From a virus (taxonomy: Duplodnaviria; Heunggongvirae; Uroviricota; Caudoviricetes), in the IMG/VR virus record IMGVR_UViG_3300029544_000001: a stretch of 51,285 nucleotides of DNA; one strand, 5' to 3'. The notes beneath the pieces are model-generated. The model made no database searches and was not told the DNA's origin. It saw only the letters and a program-made list of their open reading frames with translations. How positions within the stretch are numbered: the first letter of the stretch is position 1; each line of letters starts with the position of its first letter. The position numbers were made by a program, and so were the translations under genes. Below are positions 19,927 through 28,709 of this stretch, one piece after another.

Positions 19927-21426
19927 ATGAAAGAGTTTACTTCACAAACAGGTGGGCGTTACACCTACATTGATGATATTATGAATTTACAGAATCTTGC
20001 ATTAGCTTTTACAAGTATATTTGATGAGTGTGATAACTTTATTATCAGCGGATGTCAAGTATCAGGTACAAGTATTAGTGCTGGATATGTCTATATCAAT
20101 GGTAAAATACGTTATTGCGCAGGAACATCTGGAGTCTCTAAATGGCCTATGTATTTGTATGAGAACAACTCGGTTGAACGTGTGTCTTATGCTGATTCCG
20201 GAGATAAAATTGGACGGAATATATACGGATGTGCTGTATCATCCAGTGTACCAATAGCCAATGATGTACTAACTGAAGCACCACCCCAATTTATCAGTAT
20301 TACATCAGATGGTACAGCACTTCGACTTAAAGAAGCGTTATTTGGTAAATATGCTTTAATGATAGATTCCCCTAATTCAGTTCAGACTGTACAGAAGGAT
20401 GTTGTTATTGATGGAACAGTAACGGCCAATAAAGACCTTACAGCCCAAAAGGGGATTAATTTAACATCAGGAACAGCTAAAGCTAGCATCACCTATAATG
20501 CCTCTGGAGCATTAAGTATTCAATCCCAATTAAATGGAAAGCCTGTTTACAAAGTAACTATAACAGAGGACGGAGCTATTCAATTTTATATTGGAGATAC
20601 TTTATTGGCTTCGCTTGACTCCAATGGTATGACGCTAAAAGTCACAATGTCTTTAAATTCTATTAAGGCAGGAAATATTGTTGTAGCTAGTAATCATATA
20701 TATAATACAGGCGTTGCAGCTGATACCGGTAGTATAAATATCAATATGTTAGGGTACAATGAAGGAGACTCCTATTATCGGGACACCAAAATTGGCGATG
20801 GAAAAAATACTGTTATACTAGAAATCATAGGAAAATCTAAAGCTAGTATTTTTTATGGACCAGTAAAAATATCCCATGCGGATTCTTCGCTCCTAAGTTT
20901 AAAGAATGCCTCTCTTCCTAAGACAGACAATCAATTGATAACCTGTTTAAATTGGGAAGATAAAAATTCAGAACAAATCGGTTATATGGGATATTCCAAT
21001 ATCTCTAATAAAGATTTATATATCAAAAATAACATTGGAAACTTGGTTCTCAACAATGATGTATATGTAACAGGAAAACTATTCGTTGGTGGAATTGATG
21101 TTATAGCTAGAACTATAGAATATCCCAAAGATAGTGGATGGATTGCAATCAATGTTCAGAACTGTGGTATTACAACAAAACTGTATGTCCGTCAAGTTGG
21201 GAAAGTAGTGTCCATTCAAGGAGAATTACATACCCATCACAGTGGTACCATATTTACATTACCAAACACCATTGATCCTCCTAAATATAAAATAGGTTAT
21301 TCCCATAACAAAGGACGTGGAAATTGGCATTGTACAATACAAGGCGGACAACGTAATTGTGTAGTTGATTATTGTAATAATGGATGTTCAGAATACATCG
21401 GATTTTTAATGACATATATTATTTAA
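19927..21426 (+). CDS. Tail fibre protein
   Basis: N-terminal IISGCQVSGTSISAGYVYINGKI attachment-like region; C-terminal DSGWIAI...YVRQVGKVVSIQG...IFTLP receptor-binding-like region. Confidence 0.7.
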   Translation: MKEFTSQTGGRYTYIDDIMNLQNLALAFTSIFDECDNFIISGCQVSGTSISAGYVYINGKIRYCAGTSGVSKWPMYLYENNSVERVSYADSGDKIGRNIYGCAVSSSVPIANDVLTEAPPQFISITSDGTALRLKEALFGKYALMIDSPNSVQTVQKDVVIDGTVTANKDLTAQKGINLTSGTAKASITYNASGALSIQSQLNGKPVYKVTITEDGAIQFYIGDTLLASLDSNGMTLKVTMSLNSIKAGNIVVASNHIYNTGVAADTGSININMLGYNEGDSYYRDTKIGDGKNTVILEIIGKSKASIFYGPVKISHADSSLLSLKNASLPKTDNQLITCLNWEDKNSEQIGYMGYSNISNKDLYIKNNIGNLVLNNDVYVTGKLFVGGIDVIARTIEYPKDSGWIAINVQNCGITTKLYVRQVGKVVSIQGELHTHHSGTIFTLPNTIDPPKYKIGYSHNKGRGNWHCTIQGGQRNCVVDYCNNGCSEYIGFLMTYII

Positions 21427-21429
21427 ATT

Positions 21430-21633
21430 ATGAAGATTATTAATGTTAGCGTTGATATTGAGAGTCAACGTTTAAGTTTTCGGTCAACATCGTCTCAAAA
21501 AAATGAACATAATGAAAACGTTTCCGAACAGCAGAAAGAAACCAAAACGCCGCAAAAAAAAGCCCGGAAGACCAAAGGGACACAGCCTGAAAAACTTCGA
21601 GCAGACACGGATCGGGTTTCTGATGAAACATGA
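21430..21633 (+). CDS. Hypothetical protein (overlaps next ORF)
   Basis: ATG 3 bp after the previous stop, but its 3' half overlaps 21503-21877 in another frame. Confidence 0.35.
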   Translation: MKIINVSVDIESQRLSFRSTSSQKNEHNENVSEQQKETKTPQKKARKTKGTQPEKLRADTDRVSDET

Positions 21634-21877
21634 AGTTCCTATAGAATATAAACTATTAATGGAAGTATCTGACTTTCTAAAAATTCATGCACCATCTCCG
21701 GAACTGATTGAAGCAATAAGTTATGCTTCAGATGACATATTCTTCAAAAAGGCTAAGTTCTGGAGATGCTTAATGGATTATAAAAAGTATGGTTTAAGAC
21801 CTCCATATAGTATTCATACAAACGCAAATAAGGAATTATACTATATACATTTAAGATTTAAAAAGTATCTAATTTGA
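21503..21877 (+). CDS. Basic AT-hook-containing putative DNA-binding protein
   Basis: RKKPKRRKKKPGRPKG (AT-hook GRP core). Confidence 0.55.
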   Translation: MNIMKTFPNSRKKPKRRKKKPGRPKGHSLKNFEQTRIGFLMKHEVPIEYKLLMEVSDFLKIHAPSPELIEAISYASDDIFFKKAKFWRCLMDYKKYGLRPPYSIHTNANKELYYIHLRFKKYLI

Positions 21878-21908
21878 CTTATCTAAATTATCAAATTAGA
21901 TACTTTTT
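21860..21908. terminator. Inverted repeat / likely intrinsic terminator ending the tail operon
   Basis: 18-bp perfect arms AAAAAGTATCTAATTTGA / TCAAATTAGATACTTTTT with a 13-nt loop. Confidence 0.7.
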
Positions 21909-21920
21909 TATATCTATAAT

Positions 21921-21951
21921 CTTGTAAATAAGAAAATAATTAGTAATTTCG
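21921..21951 (+). promoter_or_regulatory. Bacteroidota sigma-A-type promoter (variant)
   Basis: CTTG-N19-TAATTTCG, close to TTTG-N19/21-TAnnTTTG, upstream of the nucleotide-metabolism block. Confidence 0.5.
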
Positions 21952-22004
21952 CATCACAATTGATACACACGATCTTTTATATTGACTTTTAACACAGTAA
22001 ATTC

Positions 22005-22361
22005 ATGCACAAGGTATCGCGCTTTTTCAAGCCCTTACCATGTCCTACCCCAGCTCCTAAAAAACTATACCTATTAAAATGCGAAGCAACTGGATTATAT
22101 AAAATTGGAGCAACAAGCGAGGATGTAAAAAATCGTATTAGTAAGCTGTATTATAATAGCCACACTGATCAACGAACAATTAAAATTATAAAAGTTTGGG
22201 AGAAGTGTGGCTATTGTGAGTATTATATACTCAACAGTTTTGCCAAGTTAAAGGTTTCTCATCCTTTCTACAAAAACGGACATACAGAATGGTTTAAATT
22301 TATAAGTGATGAATCCAGTCTAATACGGACTGTAGAATCTATTATTTCAAATTTAACATAA
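22005..22361 (+). CDS. T5orf172 / GIY-YIG-like domain protein
   Basis: LYLLKCEATGLYKIGAT...NRISKL...TEWF. Confidence 0.75.
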   Translation: MHKVSRFFKPLPCPTPAPKKLYLLKCEATGLYKIGATSEDVKNRISKLYYNSHTDQRTIKIIKVWEKCGYCEYYILNSFAKLKVSHPFYKNGHTEWFKFISDESSLIRTVESIISNLT

Positions 22362-22369
22362 AGGAAAAT

Positions 22370-22933
22370 ATGATTAAAGTAACTAGACTAAATGCGGTTA
22401 CTTCTTGGAACCGTGCTTTAAATGCAGCACGCAGAACCGTAGGAAAGTCAGCATTAAAAAAAGAACCTTCAGACTCATGGAAAGCAAAAATGTTATTGGC
22501 AGAACATTCTCCCATTCGTTTGGTAGAATATGAATGGACATGGGAACAAATACCTCAATGGGTAACAGTACATTTTACTCGTCATCATATAGGCTGTGAA
22601 AAGTTTGTTCATACTCAACGACCGGACCGTACCGGTTCACAAATTCCCAGAGGAGAGCACTTGCAAGGAGAATTAAATGAAATGGATATGACTGCAAATG
22701 CACAAGAAATAATGGCTATTTCACGAGTACGTTTATGTAATTGTGCTTCAAAAGAAACTAGAGAAGCATGGACAGCAATGTTGCAAGAACTAAAAAAGAT
22801 AGATCCGGTCCTTGTTAGTAAGTGTGTGCCAACATGTGTTTATCGCGGTTTTTGTCCAGAGCTAAAATGTTGTGGATATGCCAATACTCATCAATTCCAT
22901 GAAGCTGTTGAAAAATATAGAAAGACTGAATAA
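22370..22933 (+). CDS. thyX: Flavin-dependent thymidylate synthase-like protein
   Basis: AEHSPIR, HFTRHH...TQR, RLCNCASKETR and PTCVYRGFCPE, as in short phage ThyX proteins; adjacent to nrdD. Confidence 0.7.
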   Translation: MIKVTRLNAVTSWNRALNAARRTVGKSALKKEPSDSWKAKMLLAEHSPIRLVEYEWTWEQIPQWVTVHFTRHHIGCEKFVHTQRPDRTGSQIPRGEHLQGELNEMDMTANAQEIMAISRVRLCNCASKETREAWTAMLQELKKIDPVLVSKCVPTCVYRGFCPELKCCGYANTHQFHEAVEKYRKTE

Positions 22934-22935
22934 TT

Positions 22936-25137
22936 ATGAAAGTGCAAAAAAGAACAGGTCAAATTGTAGATTTTGACCTAGAAAAAATAGAAAATGCGAT
23001 AAAAAAAGCCTTTGATAGCAAACAAGTTGAATACGACCCAGCAATTGTAGAATCGGTTGATAAATTAATCAGCCTTACCTACACTAATGTTCCAGTATCT
23101 GTAGAAACCATCCAAGATAACGTAGAACGCGTATTAATGCAATTTGGATATTATGATATAGCCAAGACTTTTATTCTATATCGTGAACAACGTAAAAGTA
23201 CGCGTTTTGTCAAAGAACGTATTGATTATATGAATCAATATAGTCAATCAACAGACAATGCAGCTTCTTCATCAGAAACCGATGGGAATGCTAATGTAAC
23301 TATGAAAAATGTAGCTAACTTGGAAGGTGAAGTCTATAAAACTACTAATCGTATAATCCAACGCCAACGTATGAAAGATGAGTTGAACATTCTCTTTCCA
23401 GAAGTAGCAAAGCAATACGAAACAGATCTTGATAATCATATCATTTATACACATGATGAAGCATCTACGCCAGTATTAAAACAGTATTGTATGGCAGTTA
23501 GTTTGTATCCATTACTAACAGAAGGCGTAGGCAACATTGATGGTGTTACTCCTTCAGAGCCTAACGATTTGCAGTCGTTTAGTGGGCAAATAACTAACTT
23601 GATATTCTTACTTTCTTCCCAATGTAAAGGAGCGGTAGCCGTAGGTGAATATTTCATTGCATTAAATTATTATGTAGTTAAAGAGTTTGGAGATAAATGG
23701 TATGAAAAACTGGACTGCGAGGCTTCCTCGCCACATTGCTTAATTAAAAGAACAGTACGTGATAATATCTTGAAAGCGTTCAAACAGTTTGTGTGGGGCG
23801 TTAACCAACCAGCCGGAAATCGTAGCTACCAAAGCCCATTTACAAATATTTCTTATTATGACCATACATATTTCACATCTCTCTTTGGAGAATTTTGTTA
23901 TCCGGATGGAAGTAAGCCTGAATGGATAGCTATTGATACATTGCAACGTATGTTTATGAAATGGTTTAATCAAATACGTTTAAAGCAAGTATTAACCTTT
24001 CCGGTAGAAACTTTTGCGATGGTTCATAATGGCGATGATATAATCGACCTAAATTACAAACAACTTTGTGCCGAAATGTATGCGGAAGGGCACTCGTTCT
24101 TTACTTATATTTCCGATAGTGCAGACAGCCTTGCATCATGCTGTAGGCTTAGAAATGAATTGGCAGAAAATACCTTTAGCCCCACTTCTGGCTTGACCGG
24201 TGTTATGACAGGTAGTTGTAATGTGATTACTTTGAATATCAATAGAATCGTTCAAGATTGGGCATTGACCCACACATTAAATGGAACACCTTTAATTAAG
24301 GGTAAGAAACTTATAGATAATCCCTTACGTGTAACAGTAATTGAAAATGATTTAAAGAACTATGTAACTAGGATTTTGGAAAGAGTCTATAAGTATCATA
24401 TTGCTTTCAAGACAATGCTATACGACCTTGAAGACAAGGGAATGTTTGCCGCTTCAAATGGCGGTTATATTCATATCAGTAAATTATATAGCACCATAGG
24501 CATCAATGGGTTGAATGAAGCCGCTAGATTCTTGGGAATGAAGGTAAGTAATAACCCGGAATATATTGAGTTCCTTCAACTCATTTTGGGTACTATTAAA
24601 GAACAAAATAAGCTGCATTCCATCCATGACAGAAAACGACCTTTCTTGTTTAATTCAGAAGTTGTGCCAGCAGAAGGACTGGGAGGAAAGAATTATAAAT
24701 GGGATAAAGAAGATGGATATGTTGTTCCAGAGGATGAGAATTTATATAACTCATATTTTTACAATGCCCATGATAACACTTCTATACTAGACAAATTTAT
24801 ATTACATGGGCACCAAACCTATCAGTACACTGATGGAGGCTCGGCAGCTCACATTAATTTGGAAGATCATTTATCAAAAGAGCAGTATCTGAAATTAATT
24901 GATTTTGCCATAGCCAATGGAACCAATTACTTTACCTTTAATATACCAAACAGTAAATGTGAAGATTGTGGCAAAATCATAAAAAGCCCCATTGATACTT
25001 GCCCTTGTTGTGGTAGCCATAATATTACTCAATATACACGAGTTATCGGATATTTACGCCCAACTAAAGCATTTGGAAGTGATCGACAACAAGAGGCTAG
25101 AAACCGTATATATAGTGATGGTAAATCCCAGGTATGA
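22936..25137 (+). CDS. nrdD: Anaerobic (class III) ribonucleoside-triphosphate reductase
   Basis: N-terminal ATP cone (MKVQKRTGQIVDFDLEKI), SCCRL, C-terminal CxxC...CxxC and TRVIGYL glycyl-radical motif. Confidence 0.95.
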   Translation: MKVQKRTGQIVDFDLEKIENAIKKAFDSKQVEYDPAIVESVDKLISLTYTNVPVSVETIQDNVERVLMQFGYYDIAKTFILYREQRKSTRFVKERIDYMNQYSQSTDNAASSSETDGNANVTMKNVANLEGEVYKTTNRIIQRQRMKDELNILFPEVAKQYETDLDNHIIYTHDEASTPVLKQYCMAVSLYPLLTEGVGNIDGVTPSEPNDLQSFSGQITNLIFLLSSQCKGAVAVGEYFIALNYYVVKEFGDKWYEKLDCEASSPHCLIKRTVRDNILKAFKQFVWGVNQPAGNRSYQSPFTNISYYDHTYFTSLFGEFCYPDGSKPEWIAIDTLQRMFMKWFNQIRLKQVLTFPVETFAMVHNGDDIIDLNYKQLCAEMYAEGHSFFTYISDSADSLASCCRLRNELAENTFSPTSGLTGVMTGSCNVITLNINRIVQDWALTHTLNGTPLIKGKKLIDNPLRVTVIENDLKNYVTRILERVYKYHIAFKTMLYDLEDKGMFAASNGGYIHISKLYSTIGINGLNEAARFLGMKVSNNPEYIEFLQLILGTIKEQNKLHSIHDRKRPFLFNSEVVPAEGLGGKNYKWDKEDGYVVPEDENLYNSYFYNAHDNTSILDKFILHGHQTYQYTDGGSAAHINLEDHLSKEQYLKLIDFAIANGTNYFTFNIPNSKCEDCGKIIKSPIDTCPCCGSHNITQYTRVIGYLRPTKAFGSDRQQEARNRIYSDGKSQV

Positions 25138-25616
25138 AATATGTAGATACAAAAATAGTGTTTCAAGAATTGCCTAATGAAATTACTTTGGCTATAAATA
25201 TAAGTGGTTGCCCATGCGCCTGCATCGGGTGCCACTCTTCTTATCTGTCACAGGATATAGGAGAATCATTAACAAAAGAAGCACTTCAACAATTGATACG
25301 CAAAAATAAAGGAATAACAGCTATATTATTTATGGGCGGTGATGCAAATCCGGCATATATAAATAAATTAGCCGAATACCTTTATCATAACTATCCTAAT
25401 TTAAAAATTGGCTGGTATTCTGGACGAGATAAATTATCCGAAGAAATCAAACTTGATTTCTTTCATTATATTAAATTAGGCCCGTATATATCCAGCAAGG
25501 GACCTCTTAATAATCCGAACACTAACCAAAGATTATATCAAGTTGTTAAAAGGGAGAAAGATATTAACCTATTTGATATTACTTCTTATTTTACAAATAA
25601 TCAATATAATAATTAA
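25134..25616 (+). CDS. nrdG: Anaerobic RNR activating radical-SAM protein
   Basis: GCPCACIGCHS (CxxxCxxC), KLGPY and TNQR; coupled to nrdD. Confidence 0.93.
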   Translation: MKYVDTKIVFQELPNEITLAINISGCPCACIGCHSSYLSQDIGESLTKEALQQLIRKNKGITAILFMGGDANPAYINKLAEYLYHNYPNLKIGWYSGRDKLSEEIKLDFFHYIKLGPYISSKGPLNNPNTNQRLYQVVKREKDINLFDITSYFTNNQYNN

Positions 25617-25682
25617 ATATATATTATATATCTGTAACACAGTAATATATATTTTTATTCAAAAAAATATTTTTGGTTTTAT

Positions 25683-25713
25683 TTTGATAGTTAAATTGAT
25701 ACAATTATCTTTG
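25683..25713 (+). promoter_or_regulatory. Bacteroidota sigma-A promoter
   Basis: Exact TTTG-N19-TATCTTTG(CA), preceded by a very AT-rich tract (25600-25680). Confidence 0.8.
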
Positions 25714-25737
25714 CAGTGTTCTTTGAAAAATGACAGT

Positions 25738-26214
25738 ATGTTGCATGGTCAAGCACGTCTTATTGTGCAAGACAATAAGGCAGCAAAACAAGAGATCGAA
25801 TTGGCTATTGGAAATTTGAAAGATGGTGATTACACCATTCTTATTATGGACGATACCAAAAACAAATCTCTACCACAATTGAAGTATCTATTTGGTGTAG
25901 TACTGAAGACAATTTCAGAACAATTGCCTACACACCCGCCAGTAGATGCCCTATACAGATATTTTGAGGAAATTTATGCTCCGATTCATGTCTGTGATCT
26001 TCCCGGAGGTGAAAAGTATGAATACTTTAACCTCAAAAATGAAAAAGCAAGTGAGATGAATGAAGTTATTGAGAGAATCATTCATCATGTAAACACTGAA
26101 TGGGGTATTAAGGTTATGTTGAAAGATAAAACCAAAATGCCAGAAGCAAAAGAACTTTGGGCTGGAGCTTATACCGAACAGTGGAATCTTCCCCTCTCTA
26201 AATTAAACAAATAA
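25738..26214 (+). CDS. NinB/Orf-like recombination accessory protein
   Basis: ATG at 25738 just after the promoter. KSLPQLKYLFGVV and terminal EMNEVIERI...EWGI resemble NinB. Confidence 0.55.
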   Translation: MLHGQARLIVQDNKAAKQEIELAIGNLKDGDYTILIMDDTKNKSLPQLKYLFGVVLKTISEQLPTHPPVDALYRYFEEIYAPIHVCDLPGGEKYEYFNLKNEKASEMNEVIERIIHHVNTEWGIKVMLKDKTKMPEAKELWAGAYTEQWNLPLSKLNK

Positions 26215-26224
26215 TTTTCATTTT

Positions 26225-27589
26225 ATGGAAGAGATGATTAAAAATCCGTATGCCCTCTTTGCGGAGAATCAAGAAACTTATGAAGAGGCGATAAAAAAAA
26301 GTACCGATGAGAGCCAATCATTTCAACGTACCAAACATTTCCGTATGGATTCCGCAGGAACTTATACTGTGCGTATCCTTCCCTTGGCACCAGCCGAGCA
26401 ACCAGACGGTTCTTACAAATTAGAACGTAAGGGGTACGAATATCCGGTCAAAACACAGGTGTTGAAACTGGACAACCCACGTCCAACAGGGAAAAAAGAC
26501 AAACAGTTCTTTGTAAATATCTGTCATTCCAGCTATGCCGGATTATCTGTAGACCTAATTGACACTTATCTTCAAGTTGCTGAAAATAAGTATGGCAGTG
26601 ATGAAAAATTGATGAAAAAGATTAAAGGTTCAGGCTTTGATGGTGGTCTAAAATGGAACTCTCAACGTGCCATGTATATTTTAGATTTGGACAACCGTGA
26701 AGAAGGTATTCATTTACTTATCCTGTCTTATTCACAATACAAAGATTTGGAGGATCGCAAACTGGCTATATGGAAGAAGCTTCTGGAAAAGAATCCTAAA
26801 TGTTTGTGCCCTATCTCTTCTTTGGAAGATGCTTTCCCGGTAGAAATTACTCGTAAAGAGGAAAACAAGAAAACCACTTACACATTCAACATTGATACAA
26901 TTTCCGGTGCCGAACCTCTATCTGAAGAGGAAGTCAGTTCGTTGTTGGAAACACAGCGTATCCCGGCAGCTATTTATCGTTACTCACGTTTCCACATGGA
27001 GGCTACCATTGAGTTCTTGAAGCAATACGATGCTAAAATGGAAATGGATGTGATGAGCAGCAAAGAGATCACAGAAGCTATTGAAAAGATTAAAATGGAG
27101 CTTCATCCTGATGATAAATCTCATTTCTCTTTTGACAAAAAAGAACGTAACAGTGGTGATAATGAGGAACCATCAGACAACGAACTGGATTCATTGTGGA
27201 ACCTCTGGGAAAAACTAAATGAACGCGGTATTGGTGATAAGAGCGAAGAAGGGCAAGACTTACGTGATGCAATTCGCGAATATATTGATGCCAATGAGCT
27301 AAATGTCCGTGTCACTCGTGGAAAAACAAATGAAGATTTGCTGAATGACATTGAAGACGCGTTGGAAGTTGCTAAAGATGGCAGCAACAACGAAGATGAC
27401 AATACACAAAACGACACCAAACCGGAAGACACGCCTTTAGAGCCAGAACCGGAAGAGGAACCAGAACCAACCCCCGCTTCTACTCATACTGTTCGTAGAC
27501 GTGGTGAACATAATGACGACACCAATGAACCGGCTGCAAACCCAGTCCGTGAACGCAGAGCCGCACGTCCTGAACGTAGAAGAAGATAA
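26225..27589 (+). CDS. Single-stranded DNA-binding protein, T4 gp32-like
   Basis: GTYTVRILP motif and a long acidic C-terminal region; upstream of sbcD/sbcC. Confidence 0.6.
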   Translation: MEEMIKNPYALFAENQETYEEAIKKSTDESQSFQRTKHFRMDSAGTYTVRILPLAPAEQPDGSYKLERKGYEYPVKTQVLKLDNPRPTGKKDKQFFVNICHSSYAGLSVDLIDTYLQVAENKYGSDEKLMKKIKGSGFDGGLKWNSQRAMYILDLDNREEGIHLLILSYSQYKDLEDRKLAIWKKLLEKNPKCLCPISSLEDAFPVEITRKEENKKTTYTFNIDTISGAEPLSEEEVSSLLETQRIPAAIYRYSRFHMEATIEFLKQYDAKMEMDVMSSKEITEAIEKIKMELHPDDKSHFSFDKKERNSGDNEEPSDNELDSLWNLWEKLNERGIGDKSEEGQDLRDAIREYIDANELNVRVTRGKTNEDLLNDIEDALEVAKDGSNNEDDNTQNDTKPEDTPLEPEPEEEPEPTPASTHTVRRRGEHNDDTNEPAANPVRERRAARPERRRR

Positions 27590-27609
27590 TTCATTTTTGT
27601 ATTAGCATT

Positions 27610-27646
27610 ATAGGGACATATCTAACTAATATTAATATGTCCCTAT
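27610..27646 (+). terminator. Stem-loop after the SSB gene
   Basis: 12-bp stem ATAGGGACATAT / ATATGTCCCTAT. Confidence 0.55.
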
Positions 27647-27661
27647 TTAAATTGAATCACA

Positions 27662-28708
27662 ATGAGCAAGAAAATACCAAGTGCCTTATTGTTGAATGAT
27701 ATACATGTATCAAAAGACAATATTCCAGAATTTCAAAAAAACTGGGACGAGGCTTTATATATATGCGATCAATATGGGATTGAAGATATGATAATTGGTG
27801 GAGATTTGTGGTTATCACGCTCTTCTCAAACACTTAGCACACTCATGGCTGTTCGCCAAGCTATCATAAAAGCCACTAAAGCCGGAATAAGCATTACCGT
27901 TGCCGAAGGAAATCATTGTAAAGTTGACCAGGAATCAGTTCTAGGGTATAGTCATTTGTTTAGTGAATACCCCCATGTCTATGTTGTTGATGACTATTCG
28001 ATTATTAATATTAGCAACGATGTAGAACTATATATAATGAGCTATTTTCCAGAAAACGGAAGTTTCGTAGAACGGCTAAAAAAAATGGTAAAGGCGGAAT
28101 TGAACGCGTCTGTACATAATATCCTATATATTCACGAAGGAATAAACGGGGCACTTAGCACGCCTAATGAAAAAGAACTGCCCACGAACATTTTCAGTGA
28201 TTTTGATACAGTTCTTGTAGGACATTATCACAATCGTTGTATTATCAAAGGTACCAACATTGAATACATAGGTTCTTCCAGGCAACATAATTTTGGCGAA
28301 GATGAAGAAAAGGGCTATACCATTATATATGATGATGGTAGCCATGAATTCATAAAGAACCAAGTTAATATTCGCTACAAAGTTTTGGACATAAAAGCTA
28401 GTCAAATCAATTCAAAACTAATTGATAAGCTGGATGATATGAAAGCGGATGGAAGATACAAGATTAAAACAAGAATCAGTTGTACAAGCCAAGAAGCTCC
28501 AAATATTGATAAACAAAAACTTCTGGAAGCGGGATCTTCAAAAGTGGAAATTGTTACTGAAGACGTAGAAATTACAGAAACAACAGCCCACTCTTTAGAT
28601 AAAAAATTCGACAAATCTGGTATTAAACAAGAATATACTAGTTTTTGTGCTAACAAAGGAATCATAAATATAGAAATGGGGTTGCAATACCTCGATAAAA
28701 TCAGTTAG
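27662..28708 (+). CDS. SbcD/Mre11-like metallophosphoesterase nuclease
   Basis: DIH, GGDL, GNH, GHYH and YIGS motifs. Confidence 0.9.
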   Translation: MSKKIPSALLLNDIHVSKDNIPEFQKNWDEALYICDQYGIEDMIIGGDLWLSRSSQTLSTLMAVRQAIIKATKAGISITVAEGNHCKVDQESVLGYSHLFSEYPHVYVVDDYSIINISNDVELYIMSYFPENGSFVERLKKMVKAELNASVHNILYIHEGINGALSTPNEKELPTNIFSDFDTVLVGHYHNRCIIKGTNIEYIGSSRQHNFGEDEEKGYTIIYDDGSHEFIKNQVNIRYKVLDIKASQINSKLIDKLDDMKADGRYKIKTRISCTSQEAPNIDKQKLLEAGSSKVEIVTEDVEITETTAHSLDKKFDKSGIKQEYTSFCANKGIINIEMGLQYLDKIS

Positions 28709-28709
28709 T

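Noticed and set aside
14546..21426. Second DGR variable repeat in other tail fibre genes
   Set aside because: No further TR-like copy was seen by eye at these gene ends; targets outside the window cannot be excluded.
25600..25682. Very AT-rich tract as replication origin
   Set aside because: No iterons seen; adequately explained as the upstream region of the adjacent promoter.
25543..25737. N-terminal extension of the 223-aa ORF in the track
   Set aside because: Low-complexity AT-rich translation that spans a consensus promoter; ATG 25738 is the more plausible start.
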